Shown: positions 43,101 through 52,202, numbered from the stretch's first letter. The stretch is DNA of 64,000 bases from an uncultured virus (IMG/VR IMGVR_UViG_3300010938_000022) (IMGVR_UViG_3300010938_000022), one strand, 5' to 3'. Notes: generated by a model not told the origin, from the sequence alone. Translations and numbers: made by a program.

Positions 43101-43867
43101 ACGTATTTAGAAATAATGTTTGGAAATATTATTACAAAGCAGCCTTCTCTAATTGGGATGACAATGCTACAGTGTTAATCGGCCTTGATAAGCAATTCCC
43201 ATTTGATGACGATTTAAATTCTACTACATTTGATATACCATCACTAACAACAGTAGTTCAAGTATTACATGCTGATTACACTGCACCAGCGTTGAGAATA
43301 GAATTCTCTGTAAATCAAACTTCAGGTGAAGAAGTTGTTCAAGCTCAATTCAAAGTTGGACAACTTGATATGTCAACAACATATGAATTAGATGAAGAAA
43401 TTACACCACAAACTGTTGAAGACAATTTGGTTAGAGGATTAGAACCTGGTTATACTACAAGCCAAGTTTACACACAAGTTGGATTTATAGACTCACAAGG
43501 TGAACAAGTAGAAGCAGAGCCAGATAACTTCATGGTTTATGAAGGCGGAACAACAATAGGTAGCGATGCACAATCTATTGAATTGTGGAACGAATTAGAA
43601 TTATTATATAGAGATGGTCAACTATGGGTATGGTGGAATAAACTATTGGTTCCACCAAGTACAACTGATAGTGCTAATTTGCCTACACCAGTAGCAGTAA
43701 ATACACCTTATTTCCCAATCGCATCACAAACTGGTAAGTTTGGTATGAGATTGTGGCCAGGAGCTACTGTTAGATTGATTGAGGTTCGTGACCAATTATT
43801 AGGATTCTCAGAATATAATTATGGTCAATTAGAAATTTCTAGTGGCTCTAGTGGTTCTAGCGCATGA
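40109..43867 (+). CDS. Virion structural/tail-associated protein containing an intein (about 843 aa after splicing)
   Basis: AT...PGLMSADDK.KLD repeat as in 21295 and 23670; intein at aa 142-550. Confidence 0.75.
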   Translation: MAIFKLPPGSDLVDAQLVQVTGPDGLVHGFLYDSNTKTFYAKESQIIIPSSHGNTHIAADPVPNATQVLPGLMSADDKVKLDAMMQMRLGVLGYQGSGFPDDGGWMQGDIIFAAGSEFISLERFGNTIRFTVDSPIPLNCACFEPGCKVLLENGTEKPIENIRIGDKVITHTGSVKTVTKTFIREYDDDIIDINTYGHNGKFSVTKGHPLYAYSAKVNSRRTSKIRNATGLILDDKGENWVLSHEIEKDDFLVKRYSHNNVVDIKYLVLSEIYSKQYIILNNKIYKASRHKSGKLFKNGMAVGIPNSLLIDNDLIKFFGYYLAEGCASYKNGIRFTVHKNELAIGDIGCELIRIIRTKFGIEPKVRAHPTCDNAVEIQFFSSILVDLLNEWFGITSKTKTIPTWILNLDPQLQYNLIVGILQGDSSTRFSNKGTIRIEIPNEQLISQLKFISERSGLEFRSFKPRICTTGYKSSNLNYNIEYTATHNRQLFYDLTGVMPEESKAYNYLKTERETLHKVRSVLYRKYTGKVYNLEVEDDHSYVVDGLVVHNCEECAEIFWIQDETDTASIRPPSCAGKLPGVNSYGELKVYLMPESTIVDPANPVPSLNLKVNQPSFIFKRYDDAIAPGTAEIDVVLKRRSSGVTKIGWAMTPGALGVPECVWMMGDDNGGNEIRFELGPESEPGLLGMLLYKGHTLTRQMATVTGYDSTILSTNLYKVRKWSVLNEAPVGETLDAKNIWRYENPENSASSATNPKKLILDATIDLLEVGTLVQLWGFQIGEVNGVRLYRWYFNLRPRFNEKNAYSLSGIIKFGELLESRNEVTGPGITELTAYDSNVSDIRLFERTLWGITGFEDRLLLSDDGLEVSSSATDAIATNEPSGEAINNEYVADIDPSLPGLRVFKTDPDTYAERPVYIWHRGNHNNLYARMLIGRPDSSVFPPYDILLGAPIDSLDDLYLKVIRRGQFTKGPFAGQYYVVVKGANFRDIPQSGDLRILTNVFRNNVWKYYYKAAFSNWDDNATVLIGLDKQFPFDDDLNSTTFDIPSLTTVVQVLHADYTAPALRIEFSVNQTSGEEVVQAQFKVGQLDMSTTYELDEEITPQTVEDNLVRGLEPGYTTSQVYTQVGFIDSQGEQVEAEPDNFMVYEGGTTIGSDAQSIELWNELELLYRDGQLWVWWNKLLVPPSTTDSANLPTPVAVNTPYFPIASQTGKFGMRLWPGATVRLIEVRDQLLGFSEYNYGQLEISSGSSGSSA
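40532..41758 (+). mobile_element. 409-aa intein with LAGLIDADG homing endonuclease
   Basis: CFEPG..V...G..K.IE.I..GD.V.TH; T.GHP; FGYYLAEG and VGILQGDS; VYNLEV...HSY...G.VVHN followed by Cys. Confidence 0.93.
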
Positions 43868-43881
43868 TTGAGGTCTCAACA

Positions 43882-44463
43882 ATGGATCCAAATGATATAG
43901 CAGAATGGGTTTCTAATGATAGATCTAAAAATCTAATAGTAGAATCATTATTCGGATATCGTGTTAATGCTGGAAGTTCACAAATAGATAGATTTATATT
44001 AATGATTGATCAGGCATTTGTTGACTGGGATTTAAAAAATAAAAAATTTATAGACTTGGCTAATAAATTTTTTGGTAAAATACCATCAGTACAAGAATGG
44101 GAAAAATTAATAGAAAATTCAAATCAGTCTCCTGAATTAAAAGAGAAATTGATAGCATTATTATCAAGTAAAGATGTAACTACACAAGGCCCTAGAGATA
44201 TTATAATACATCATAAAGATCCTAATATAGGTCAGATAAGAGTATCTGATATACGAGACAGTGGGAAAGATTATTTTTATTGTGCTGTAGGTAAACCAGG
44301 TTCATATATAAGATGGGTTAGAGGCGGTTGGGGTAAATGGAGATCAGTAGCCAAAGATTGGTTTTTTGGCTATATTAGCAATAATACAACAAAGTACCTG
44401 CAAAAATATAGTAAGATAATAACCGTTAAAAAGGCAAATATAATAAAAATAGATAATTTATAA
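43882..44463 (+). CDS. RT-system paralog P2 (helical domain plus Sm/Hfq-like C-terminal domain)
   Basis: GAGGT RBS before ATG 43882; homologous to 11227..11841. Confidence 0.8.
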   Translation: MDPNDIAEWVSNDRSKNLIVESLFGYRVNAGSSQIDRFILMIDQAFVDWDLKNKKFIDLANKFFGKIPSVQEWEKLIENSNQSPELKEKLIALLSSKDVTTQGPRDIIIHHKDPNIGQIRVSDIRDSGKDYFYCAVGKPGSYIRWVRGGWGKWRSVAKDWFFGYISNNTTKYLQKYSKIITVKKANIIKIDNL

Positions 44464-44617
44464 TTCAGGATTGTCAAGCTTAACTGCTTCTCTCTTGCGC
44501 TTAAAAGTTATGATTAGATAAAACATTTGAGAGTGTTAATCATAATAAATAAGCATAATGTAGCTGCATATCTCTAAATTATGCAACCGTTTCTTTAATC
44601 CTGAATTATAAATTATC
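44452..44617 (+). ncRNA. Structured ncRNA copy 2, upstream of the RT; retron-like terminal stem
   Basis: Perfect 21-bp inverted repeat GATAATTTATAATTCAGGATT (44452-44472 / 44597-44617), unpaired G at 44473, four internal stems covarying with copy 1. Confidence 0.85.
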
Positions 44618-44629
44618 ATTGGAGATAAA

Positions 44630-45025
44630 ATGGAGCCAGATCAAATGGAGCCAGATCAAATCGCAGAGTTTGTTTCAAATGACAAGCATAAACTTATATC
44701 TGAAAATGTTGCAGGCCAATACATAAAAGGTGGTTACAAAATAACTATGAAGCGTGGTACTGTGATATTCGCAACAGAAATACAAGTATCTAAGTATAAT
44801 CCTGATATAGTGTGTGTTGGACAAGGACCAACTGGTACATATTTTAGTAAGACGAAAAGAGTTGGAAAATGGCCAGATGGTTGGATACAGTCGAAGCAGC
44901 CTGTAAAAGTTGATGTTGGACAAGGTGGCTATCCAGCATTCTTTAAAAAAGGTTCTGGTGGTGTTACGAAGAAATATGAGAAATTTCTAATTATCCAACC
45001 GAATGGTTGGATAATTAGTATATAG
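44630..45025 (+). CDS. RT-system paralog P3 (Sm/Hfq-like domain only), in frame with the RT through TAG
   Basis: GGAG RBS; PDQIAEFVSND leader; G.GP.G.Y and KY....I motifs shared with P1 and P2. Confidence 0.8.
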   Translation: MEPDQMEPDQIAEFVSNDKHKLISENVAGQYIKGGYKITMKRGTVIFATEIQVSKYNPDIVCVGQGPTGTYFSKTKRVGKWPDGWIQSKQPVKVDVGQGGYPAFFKKGSGGVTKKYEKFLIIQPNGWIISI

Positions 45026-45028
45026 AAT

Positions 45029-46447
45029 ATGATAACACTAAAAGATTGCTTACTAGCTTATCCAATATCAAATGCTGCTTTAGATGTTATAAACAAAATT
45101 ATATTCAATCCAAGAAAAGCATATACAGTATCTTGTGATAACAAATCATATTTTGATTTTGGCTCATCAATAACAAAAGAAATAAAAAAGATTACAAATA
45201 AGATTAGTAATCGTACATTCAAGTTTAAGCCAGCCCGTAAAATAACAAAGAAGGCTAAATTAAATAAAATCAGAGATATTTATCTAAGTACATGGGATGA
45301 TAAAATAGTAGAAACTTGGCTTAATAAATCGTTGAATATTTTACTAAAAGATTGGTTTACAAAAAATTCTTATGCATATAGAACTGAAGAACTCGGTCTT
45401 GATTCATGCCAGAATCATATATCGCAGAATGCATCTAAAAACACGTTCTTTATTAAAAGAGATATATCAAAATACTTCTATAGTATTGATAAAAACACTC
45501 TATTGGATCAATTAGCACTACTTATAGATAAAAATGACTTTTTATATAAATTAATTGAACAGAGAGTCAACTTTGAATATGTAGACAAAGATGGAATACA
45601 TAAATCTGAAATAGGTATACCATTTGGATCTCCATTAGCATGTACTTTAAGTAATATTCATATTACACATATAGATAAAGGAATGAGTCAATTTGGTATT
45701 AAATACTTTAGATATGCAGATGATGTTTTGATAATGAGTAAAAGTAGAGAAGAAGCATTAAAAGCCGCAGAATTTTTTGATAATGAAATTGAAAAGTTAA
45801 AATTAAAATTAAAACCATCTCATAAATTAAGCTTTTCATGGATTGACTGTGAAGGATTTACAAAGGTAACACAATTTAGTCATTTAGGATTGATGTATAA
45901 ATCAGACGGGCAAATCAGATTGGCTGTCGAAAAACAAAGAAAGTTAATAAACTTTGTCTGTAGAGAATTAAAAAAGAATCAAGCTAAAGTTAGAAAAATT
46001 TCATCAATAGATGATAGATTGAGACTGATAATAGGTAGTGTAGATAACGTTTTAAATAAACGTATTAGAAGCGCTGCTATTATAGATTATTATTTAAAGC
46101 ATGTTAATGATGAATTACAGTTAAAAAACATGGATAGAATAATAGCAGAAAGGATTATATCAACTGTGCTTGATAAACCTTTTAGAAAGAAATTGTTTAG
46201 AGAAATATCATATAAAAAATTGAGGGACTTTGGATTACAAAGTTTGGTTCATAGAAATAGGTTATTTAGACATGGCCATCTACATGTAGCATTCTTATCA
46301 TTACATAATAAAACTCTGATTGATAGATATAATAACTCTATGGATCGTAGAAAAGAGAAAATAGACCAAATCAAATTAACAAAGAAGCTCAAACAGATAA
46401 AAAATAGTTCAGAAATTAACAAAGAAGCTCAAACAGATAAAAAATAA
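45029..46447 (+). CDS. Reverse transcriptase (group-II-like RT domain plus thumb/X-like domain; no endonuclease domain)
   Basis: K.RDI....WDDKIV, SYAYR, KRDISKYFYSID, GIPFGSPL...LSNI, YFRYADD, F.HLG, YY.....QL..MD..I, GLQSL. Confidence 0.93.
   Translation: MITLKDCLLAYPISNAALDVINKIIFNPRKAYTVSCDNKSYFDFGSSITKEIKKITNKISNRTFKFKPARKITKKAKLNKIRDIYLSTWDDKIVETWLNKSLNILLKDWFTKNSYAYRTEELGLDSCQNHISQNASKNTFFIKRDISKYFYSIDKNTLLDQLALLIDKNDFLYKLIEQRVNFEYVDKDGIHKSEIGIPFGSPLACTLSNIHITHIDKGMSQFGIKYFRYADDVLIMSKSREEALKAAEFFDNEIEKLKLKLKPSHKLSFSWIDCEGFTKVTQFSHLGLMYKSDGQIRLAVEKQRKLINFVCRELKKNQAKVRKISSIDDRLRLIIGSVDNVLNKRIRSAAIIDYYLKHVNDELQLKNMDRIIAERIISTVLDKPFRKKLFREISYKKLRDFGLQSLVHRNRLFRHGHLHVAFLSLHNKTLIDRYNNSMDRRKEKIDQIKLTKKLKQIKNSSEINKEAQTDKK
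46373..46446 (+). repeat. 34-bp direct repeat (period 40) at the RT 3' end
   Basis: AAATTAACAAAGAAGCTCAAACAGATAAAAAATA x2. Confidence 0.9.
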
Positions 46448-46450
46448 TGT

Positions 46451-47029
46451 ATGAAATTAACCTTATTAGAAGGTATAGTTCCAAATAAAGTATACCTATT
46501 CCTAAAAAATTTAGTAAACAAAAAGAATGTATCATTAAATGAAGTAGTAATGTTATATGAGTACATGTATGGCCATATAGCAGGTGATGACTTATGGAAA
46601 GACGCTAATGGGATATTAGATTTATATGAGCATTTCTCTAGAAAAGTAGATGATAAAGAGGGCCTAGCTGATTACATTATAGGACTTAGTGTACATCCAA
46701 GTTGGATTGCTAGCTTGGTATTAGTTGGTAAAGACCTTGGTGATGATTTTGCAGATAGATCATATAAATTTAAAAGTGAAGATACCTTTAGACAGGTGCT
46801 ACAATCTTTGATAAACAAAGAATGGGGAGCTATGTCAATATTAATTCAAGATATGTTGAATGCTAATATTGATTACTTTGATAATATAGGAAATTCAAAT
46901 CCAGAATTGATGTTAAAGTTAGCAGATATCATGGATAATGAATTGGATGATATTTACTTTAATAAGCAAAAGTCAACCAATCAATATAGTTTTGAAGCTT
47001 TACAAAAATACGGACCTATTAAATTATAA
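46451..47029 (+). CDS. Helical hypothetical protein with MKLTLLEG leader, directly downstream of the RT
   Basis: Starts 3 nt after the RT stop. Confidence 0.65.
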   Translation: MKLTLLEGIVPNKVYLFLKNLVNKKNVSLNEVVMLYEYMYGHIAGDDLWKDANGILDLYEHFSRKVDDKEGLADYIIGLSVHPSWIASLVLVGKDLGDDFADRSYKFKSEDTFRQVLQSLINKEWGAMSILIQDMLNANIDYFDNIGNSNPELMLKLADIMDNELDDIYFNKQKSTNQYSFEALQKYGPIKL

Positions 47030-47300
47030 TTGGAACACCGATTATATAGGATAATGCTAGTCGAAGCCCAGACGAAAATCTATATGGGAGTTAGCACATG
47101 AATTAGTATATTGGAAGAATTTGAAGCAACTTCTAAAAAAGTATCAATATCTTTAGGATTTTTCTTTGGAGGTAAAGTTCCTGAAGATTCACCACTAGTA
47201 ACTGATATAATAAAATGGAATGATAAGTTATTTGACTTGGAATTTGATCATATTGAAGAGGATGAGGAATTTCTGAATTCGTCTCTTGTTAAAAGAATAC

Positions 47301-47954
47301 TCATTTTCCTGTATTTAACCCATTTCTTATTTTATTGAAATATGATTTTGAAGACTGCATTATTTCTCCGTCTGATCTGTTATTTCTTTGATGGATTTTA
47401 ATTAAAAATGCACTACTTTGTTGCCTATCCATTAATTGTTTTGCTTTTAACTCAATATTTTCAAGCGAGTCAGCTTGCTCACCGAAGTATGGTCCTTCTA
47501 TTCTTTGTTCTTTTGTTGACTTATCTTCAATTAACTTAGCATAAATAATGATATATTTATGGCGTTGCTGGATTTTCTTTAATACTGAAATTTCTTCTTT
47601 TAACTCACTAATTGTAAATTTTCTACTTAACATAGAATATGGAATTTTTAATTTAAATTCCTTTTCATAATATTCTAAAATGTCTACTAACTCATCTTGT
47701 GTTAATACCTGTGAAGAATTTATATTTTGATTTTCATCATCTATAAATTTTATAATTTTAGTATACTTTGACTGCGATGCCTCAACTAACTTGGTAAGAT
47801 TTGGTATTAATTCATCTAAACTCTTGATATAACATATAGTATCTGGAATTTTCAATTTTAATTCCTTTTCAACATATTCCAATAAAAATATAATGTTATC
47901 TTCATCTGATAAAGTTTTATCTAGTGATTGTAAAATTTTAGTTAAATTATTCAT
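47301..47954 (-). CDS. Hypothetical protein with two ACP-like repeats
   Basis: LLEYVEKELKLKIPD and ILEYYEKEFKLKIPY. Confidence 0.55.
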   Translation of the reverse strand: MNNLTKILQSLDKTLSDEDNIIFLLEYVEKELKLKIPDTICYIKSLDELIPNLTKLVEASQSKYTKIIKFIDDENQNINSSQVLTQDELVDILEYYEKEFKLKIPYSMLSRKFTISELKEEISVLKKIQQRHKYIIIYAKLIEDKSTKEQRIEGPYFGEQADSLENIELKAKQLMDRQQSSAFLIKIHQRNNRSDGEIMQSSKSYFNKIRNGLNTGK

Positions 47955-48529
47955 TATTTTCCTGTCGAGCCAAAGCCAGATGTTCCTCTTTTACTTGGGC
48001 GTAATTCACTTGACTCTTCTATAAAGAATGAGCAAGTATGGCATAATATTAATTGCGCAAGCTTTTGACCGTGCTCTATGTCTAGTGGGTATGTATTCAT
48101 ATTGTGACATTGTACTAAAATCTCACCACGGTAATCATCTATAGTTCCCTCTATAATTCTTAATCTACTTCTATTTTCTGTTGAACTTCTATGTGTTATT
48201 CTTCCCCAATATCCAGTAGGAAATTCCATTATCATCCCTGTGTGGATCATACATCTTTCACCTGGGAAAATTCTTAAGCCATGTTTTTGTTCACTTTTTA
48301 ATAATACAACTGGCAAGTCAAATCCAGCATCTCCAGAAAATGCGTATTTTGGTAAGCCTAATTTCTTAGCTTCTTTACCGTATTCATCTTCTGTGAACTT
48401 TATTTTGATTTTTCTGTTTAAATTTTTTAAATTTTCATAGGAATCTACTATGGCTATTACTTTATCAATTTCGCTTGGATCTATATGAACTAGAGTTTCA
48501 TTAAGCATTTGTGATATACTTTTTGACAT
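47954..48529 (-). CDS. dut: Trimeric dUTPase
   Basis: GDAGFDL, RSS, GTID.YRGEI, KLAQL, RGTSGFGSTG. Confidence 0.93.
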   Translation of the reverse strand: MSKSISQMLNETLVHIDPSEIDKVIAIVDSYENLKNLNRKIKIKFTEDEYGKEAKKLGLPKYAFSGDAGFDLPVVLLKSEQKHGLRIFPGERCMIHTGMIMEFPTGYWGRITHRSSTENRSRLRIIEGTIDDYRGEILVQCHNMNTYPLDIEHGQKLAQLILCHTCSFFIEESSELRPSKRGTSGFGSTGK

Positions 48530-49230
48530 TATTTATCCCAATTCTTTTTTATTGTTTCTTTTATTAGATATTCTCGCTCGCCTGGGAGCAATCTAAATTG
48601 ATGGTCTTTGAAATACATTGCATACCCATTATATGTTATAATATTAGTTGAGATATTTAGAACATTTATTATTCTATGTTTAGGTATTATACCTACACAA
48701 TATGTTTCTATCCATTCTTTTAAAACTTTCCAATGCACTGCTTTACCTTTTCTAGCCTGTAGATATGCTTCAATATCTAAAGTTAATTGCTGGAATATTG
48801 TTCTCCTAGATGGACCACCAAAATTAAAACTTGACACCCCACCTAGTTGTTTTTTGTAATATGGATGTAATATTAGGTATTTTTTAGGTTCAAATAAACT
48901 AGGGCGTAGTAACACTTCTATAGCTGTTTTGCCTGTATATTTAATATATATAAATCCTATACCATATTGCTTTAACTTTTCAAGAAATTTTGTACCTGGT
49001 CTTGCTGATGTTGCTACGAATGTATAATGGCAATACCTCCTAGTCCTAAACCCCTGTCTTATGAGCTTTTTGGAATTTGTTTTCTTGAGTTCTATCCCTA
49101 TAATATGCCCATTCTTAACTGCAACACAGTCTATGGCCTTCCCGAAGCTCAGAGATACCTCTCCGTATACATCGAGACCTAGGCTGTTTAGACCGTTTTT
49201 TAGAATTTGGAATAGTTCAGATTCTCTCAT
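48529..49230 (-). CDS. PD-(D/E)xK nuclease-like protein
   Basis: EV.....IDCVA......IELK.....QG. Confidence 0.6.
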   Translation of the reverse strand: MRESELFQILKNGLNSLGLDVYGEVSLSFGKAIDCVAVKNGHIIGIELKKTNSKKLIRQGFRTRRYCHYTFVATSARPGTKFLEKLKQYGIGFIYIKYTGKTAIEVLLRPSLFEPKKYLILHPYYKKQLGGVSSFNFGGPSRRTIFQQLTLDIEAYLQARKGKAVHWKVLKEWIETYCVGIIPKHRIINVLNISTNIITYNGYAMYFKDHQFRLLPGEREYLIKETIKKNWDK

Positions 49231-49247
49231 ATGTATTTCATATATAT

Positions 49248-49923
49248 GAATTTATTTAAATACAAGGCTATACCAATAGAATTAGCAGAGAAATTCGGAC
49301 TTTGTAAAAAGTACGAAACTATATGGCAACGTATTGTAAATTTTTTGCTAAATAAAAGGATTAAGCCAGTAAAACTTTCAAGAGTAGAATTAATTGAAAA
49401 GCTTAGTGAAGTTACCCTAGAAGGATATATAGAGGCTACATCACATGAATTAGCTATAATTAAATTAACAAACGAATTGAAGATATATCCACTATTTATT
49501 GAAAGCATAAATAGTAAAGAAATATACAATTCATCAAGATTATATAATTTACAGAAATTTAATAAATATCTTAATATGCTAGATAGAGATGTGTATCAAA
49601 ATTAAATTATGAAAATTATTAATAGTTGGAAATCTCTAAATAAGCAATTCGATAAACTAGAAGTATGTTCGGAGGCCGTAGCGAACCAGATCAACCAGTG
49701 GCTTGTGGCGCTAGCCGACAAGTTCCCTGACCTGCCCGAACCAGAGTTCACAAGCACTCCAGACGGCGAAATCCAATTGAGCTGGTCTAATGCCAGTGCG
49801 CATTTCGTCGTTACTAGTCAGTCCTGGAAAGCGAAGGCTCGTTACGAAGACTTGTCAACTCGCAATGTGGAACGCGCCGTGCTCGAATGGGGGGGGCTGT
49901 GGTTCGGCTTTTCCGCTGGTTGA
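49248..49923 (+). CDS. Two hypothetical proteins (about 49248-49605; 49609-49923)
   Basis: ORF track; the second is GC-richer. Confidence 0.5.
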
Positions 49924-50014
49924 AAAGCTGGTTCGCGGGTTCGCATAGCGCGACTGGTTCAAGATCTGCGCAAGTATTAAGAGTTAGTTTCTTAACATAT
50001 TCGAATTAAAAGAG

Positions 50015-50689
50015 TTAGTTTCTTAACAATGTTCGAACTAAAAATAGATAAATCTGCTCCCTAATATTTTCTTGATCTTGATTTGCATCTATAATAGAGA
50101 TGTTTAAATTACCATTTGTACTTTTAATATATGGTGTTAATACAGACTTACAATCTATTGGCATTTTAAGATAGGCATTCTTTAATTTTAAGAAATGCTC
50201 TTTATCCCTTTCAAAGTAATCTTTAACTTTACCTTCGGCTTCTTGTCTTTTTCTGAGTCTTTCGACTCGTGTTTCCCAAGATATATCAAATATCAGTACG
50301 TGATCAATTTGCCTTGGATTGATAAGTGAACTATGTAATTGTGAAATTTGATCTACTGGGATGCCATCTGCTATCTGGTAAGCTAATGCTGAAGTTATAT
50401 TATTTCTATCAGCAAATAACCATTCATCAGACTCAATCATTGGCTTGGCAATTTCTTCATGGAAAGCCATATTATCGACTGCTAGTAACATTGCTCTTGT
50501 TACTGGAAGTACTTTAGCATCTGGATCTTTTACAATTGATCTAATTTTTTGTCCTATCCAAGTTGCCCCTGGGTGTTTAGTAAGTTTACTTTTTATACCT
50601 GCTTCATTTAATAATTTTACTACTGCTTCTAAAGCTGTTGACTTACCAGACAAGTCAACACCATCAAACACTATGTATTTCCCGCTCAT
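50015..50689 (-). CDS. tmk: Thymidylate kinase
   Basis: FDGVDLSGKST, HPG, DR...S.LAYQ. Confidence 0.9.
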   Translation of the reverse strand: MSGKYIVFDGVDLSGKSTALEAVVKLLNEAGIKSKLTKHPGATWIGQKIRSIVKDPDAKVLPVTRAMLLAVDNMAFHEEIAKPMIESDEWLFADRNNITSALAYQIADGIPVDQISQLHSSLINPRQIDHVLIFDISWETRVERLRKRQEAEGKVKDYFERDKEHFLKLKNAYLKMPIDCKSVLTPYIKSTNGNLNISIIDANQDQENIREQIYLFLVRTLLRN

Positions 50690-51328
50690 TTAGACCTCGA
50701 ATTCTATTGGCTTATTTATTGGATTATATGCTTCATTACATGATGCAGCATTTATAAAATGTATACCATTAACACATTTTTCTCCATAACTGTCATGGAT
50801 ATGTCCAAATATGTGCGCGATTTTGGTTTTCATCATCGTGGCTTTATACAATTCTTCACACCCTATTAGCTGACTTGGATTATCTTTTACAATATCTAAA
50901 ATACCATGTGGTGGTCCATGTGTAATTAGTATATCTATACCAGTAGGTATTAAATCCCACTTTCTTTTGATATCTTCACCACGTTCTAAATTAAATGCCC
51001 AGTTGTAGAATTGTGGTTGCCATGGTGAGCCATATATTCTAAGACCATTTATATCTACTTCGCTATCTTGTAAATATATCACATCTGGGCAAGCTTCTTT
51101 CAATGTTTCTCTGGCAAGTGGACCCATGCTTTCGAATGTTAAATCATGATTGCCAGCAATTACAACTTTATGCTTAGCTGGCTGACTATGAAGCCACTTA
51201 CCAAAATTTGATATTTCATGAAATTTTCCAACAGATGTAAAATCGCCAGCATGTATTAAGATGTCACATTGGTTAATTTTAATTTTACTGTGGTGATTAT
51301 GAGTATCTGATATACAAGCTACCTTCAT
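50690..51328 (-). CDS. Calcineurin-like metallophosphoesterase
   Basis: ISDTH, HAGD, GNHD, GSPW, THGPP, FGHIH. Confidence 0.92.
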   Translation of the reverse strand: MKVACISDTHNHHSKIKINQCDILIHAGDFTSVGKFHEISNFGKWLHSQPAKHKVVIAGNHDLTFESMGPLARETLKEACPDVIYLQDSEVDINGLRIYGSPWQPQFYNWAFNLERGEDIKRKWDLIPTGIDILITHGPPHGILDIVKDNPSQLIGCEELYKATMMKTKIAHIFGHIHDSYGEKCVNGIHFINAASCNEAYNPINKPIEFEV

Positions 51329-52202
51329 TATTTTAAACCTTTCAGCTTCTTTTGCTGAATTAACTTCTTAGCTAATTCTCCTGTGAACACTTTTGGTTTT
51401 TGCTCTTGTGTTTGAACACCAGATACACCAGATTTTTTAGCCTCTTCGATAAACTTTTCTTTTTCTATTTCTTTCTTTTTACTGGCTAATAATTCTAGCT
51501 TGGTCCAAAAATCAAAGATTCTTGTAAATTCTTTTTTCATTTTTGGAACAATTATTTCCTCATCCTTAGTTAAGGCATGCCCATCTATAAGTTTAAGTAT
51601 AGTTGAAGCTTCAGTTTTGTTGAACGGAAGCCATGCTTCCTCTTTTTGTTGTTCTTTTTTATTAATCATGTTAACACTCTGTTATATCCTTTTTTGGCAA
51701 GTTCTGCTAGAAATACATCCATTCCAATAGCTATCTTTTTAAACCCATCTTGCTGCTTGATTATTTTCCCAGATGTTTTGTAGTAATTAAAGTAACAAAA
51801 TACTTCATCGTCTGGATTTATAACACAATACGATGTTTCATTCTTTTTGAAAAGAATGTCACCTTTATTAATTATTTCAGGTGAATCTGGATTTTTGTGT
51901 TTTCTTGGTACTTGTTCCGACGATCTTGGATTTTTAATTCTAATTGTTACTAAACCATTATCAAATTCTGTTTCTAAATATTTATTGTCACCTCTTAATG
52001 CAATAAGTTCTGCATGTAACTTTTTTGCATTTCTTAGTAATTCTTGCATATCTTCTATCAATTTTTCAGTTTTACAAATTGCATCTCCACTTGTGTAAAA
52101 GTACTTTGATGGATCTATTGCCTTTGCATACTTTGAGATATCTAGCTTATGAATATTGCCAGTTGTTTCTATTTCATCAGTCTGTAAATCTTTATCGCTC
52201 AT
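51328..52202 (-). CDS. Two hypothetical proteins (51328-51669, 51666-52202)
   Basis: Overlapping co-directional ORFs. Confidence 0.55.

Noticed and set aside
43864..47100. Group II intron around the RT
   Set aside because: No room for a several-hundred-nt ribozyme (ORFs abut both sides), and no domain V/VI after the RT stop
47030..47110. Possible third ncRNA copy downstream of the RT operon
   Set aside because: Lacks GATTGTCAAG, ATGTAGC and a terminal stem
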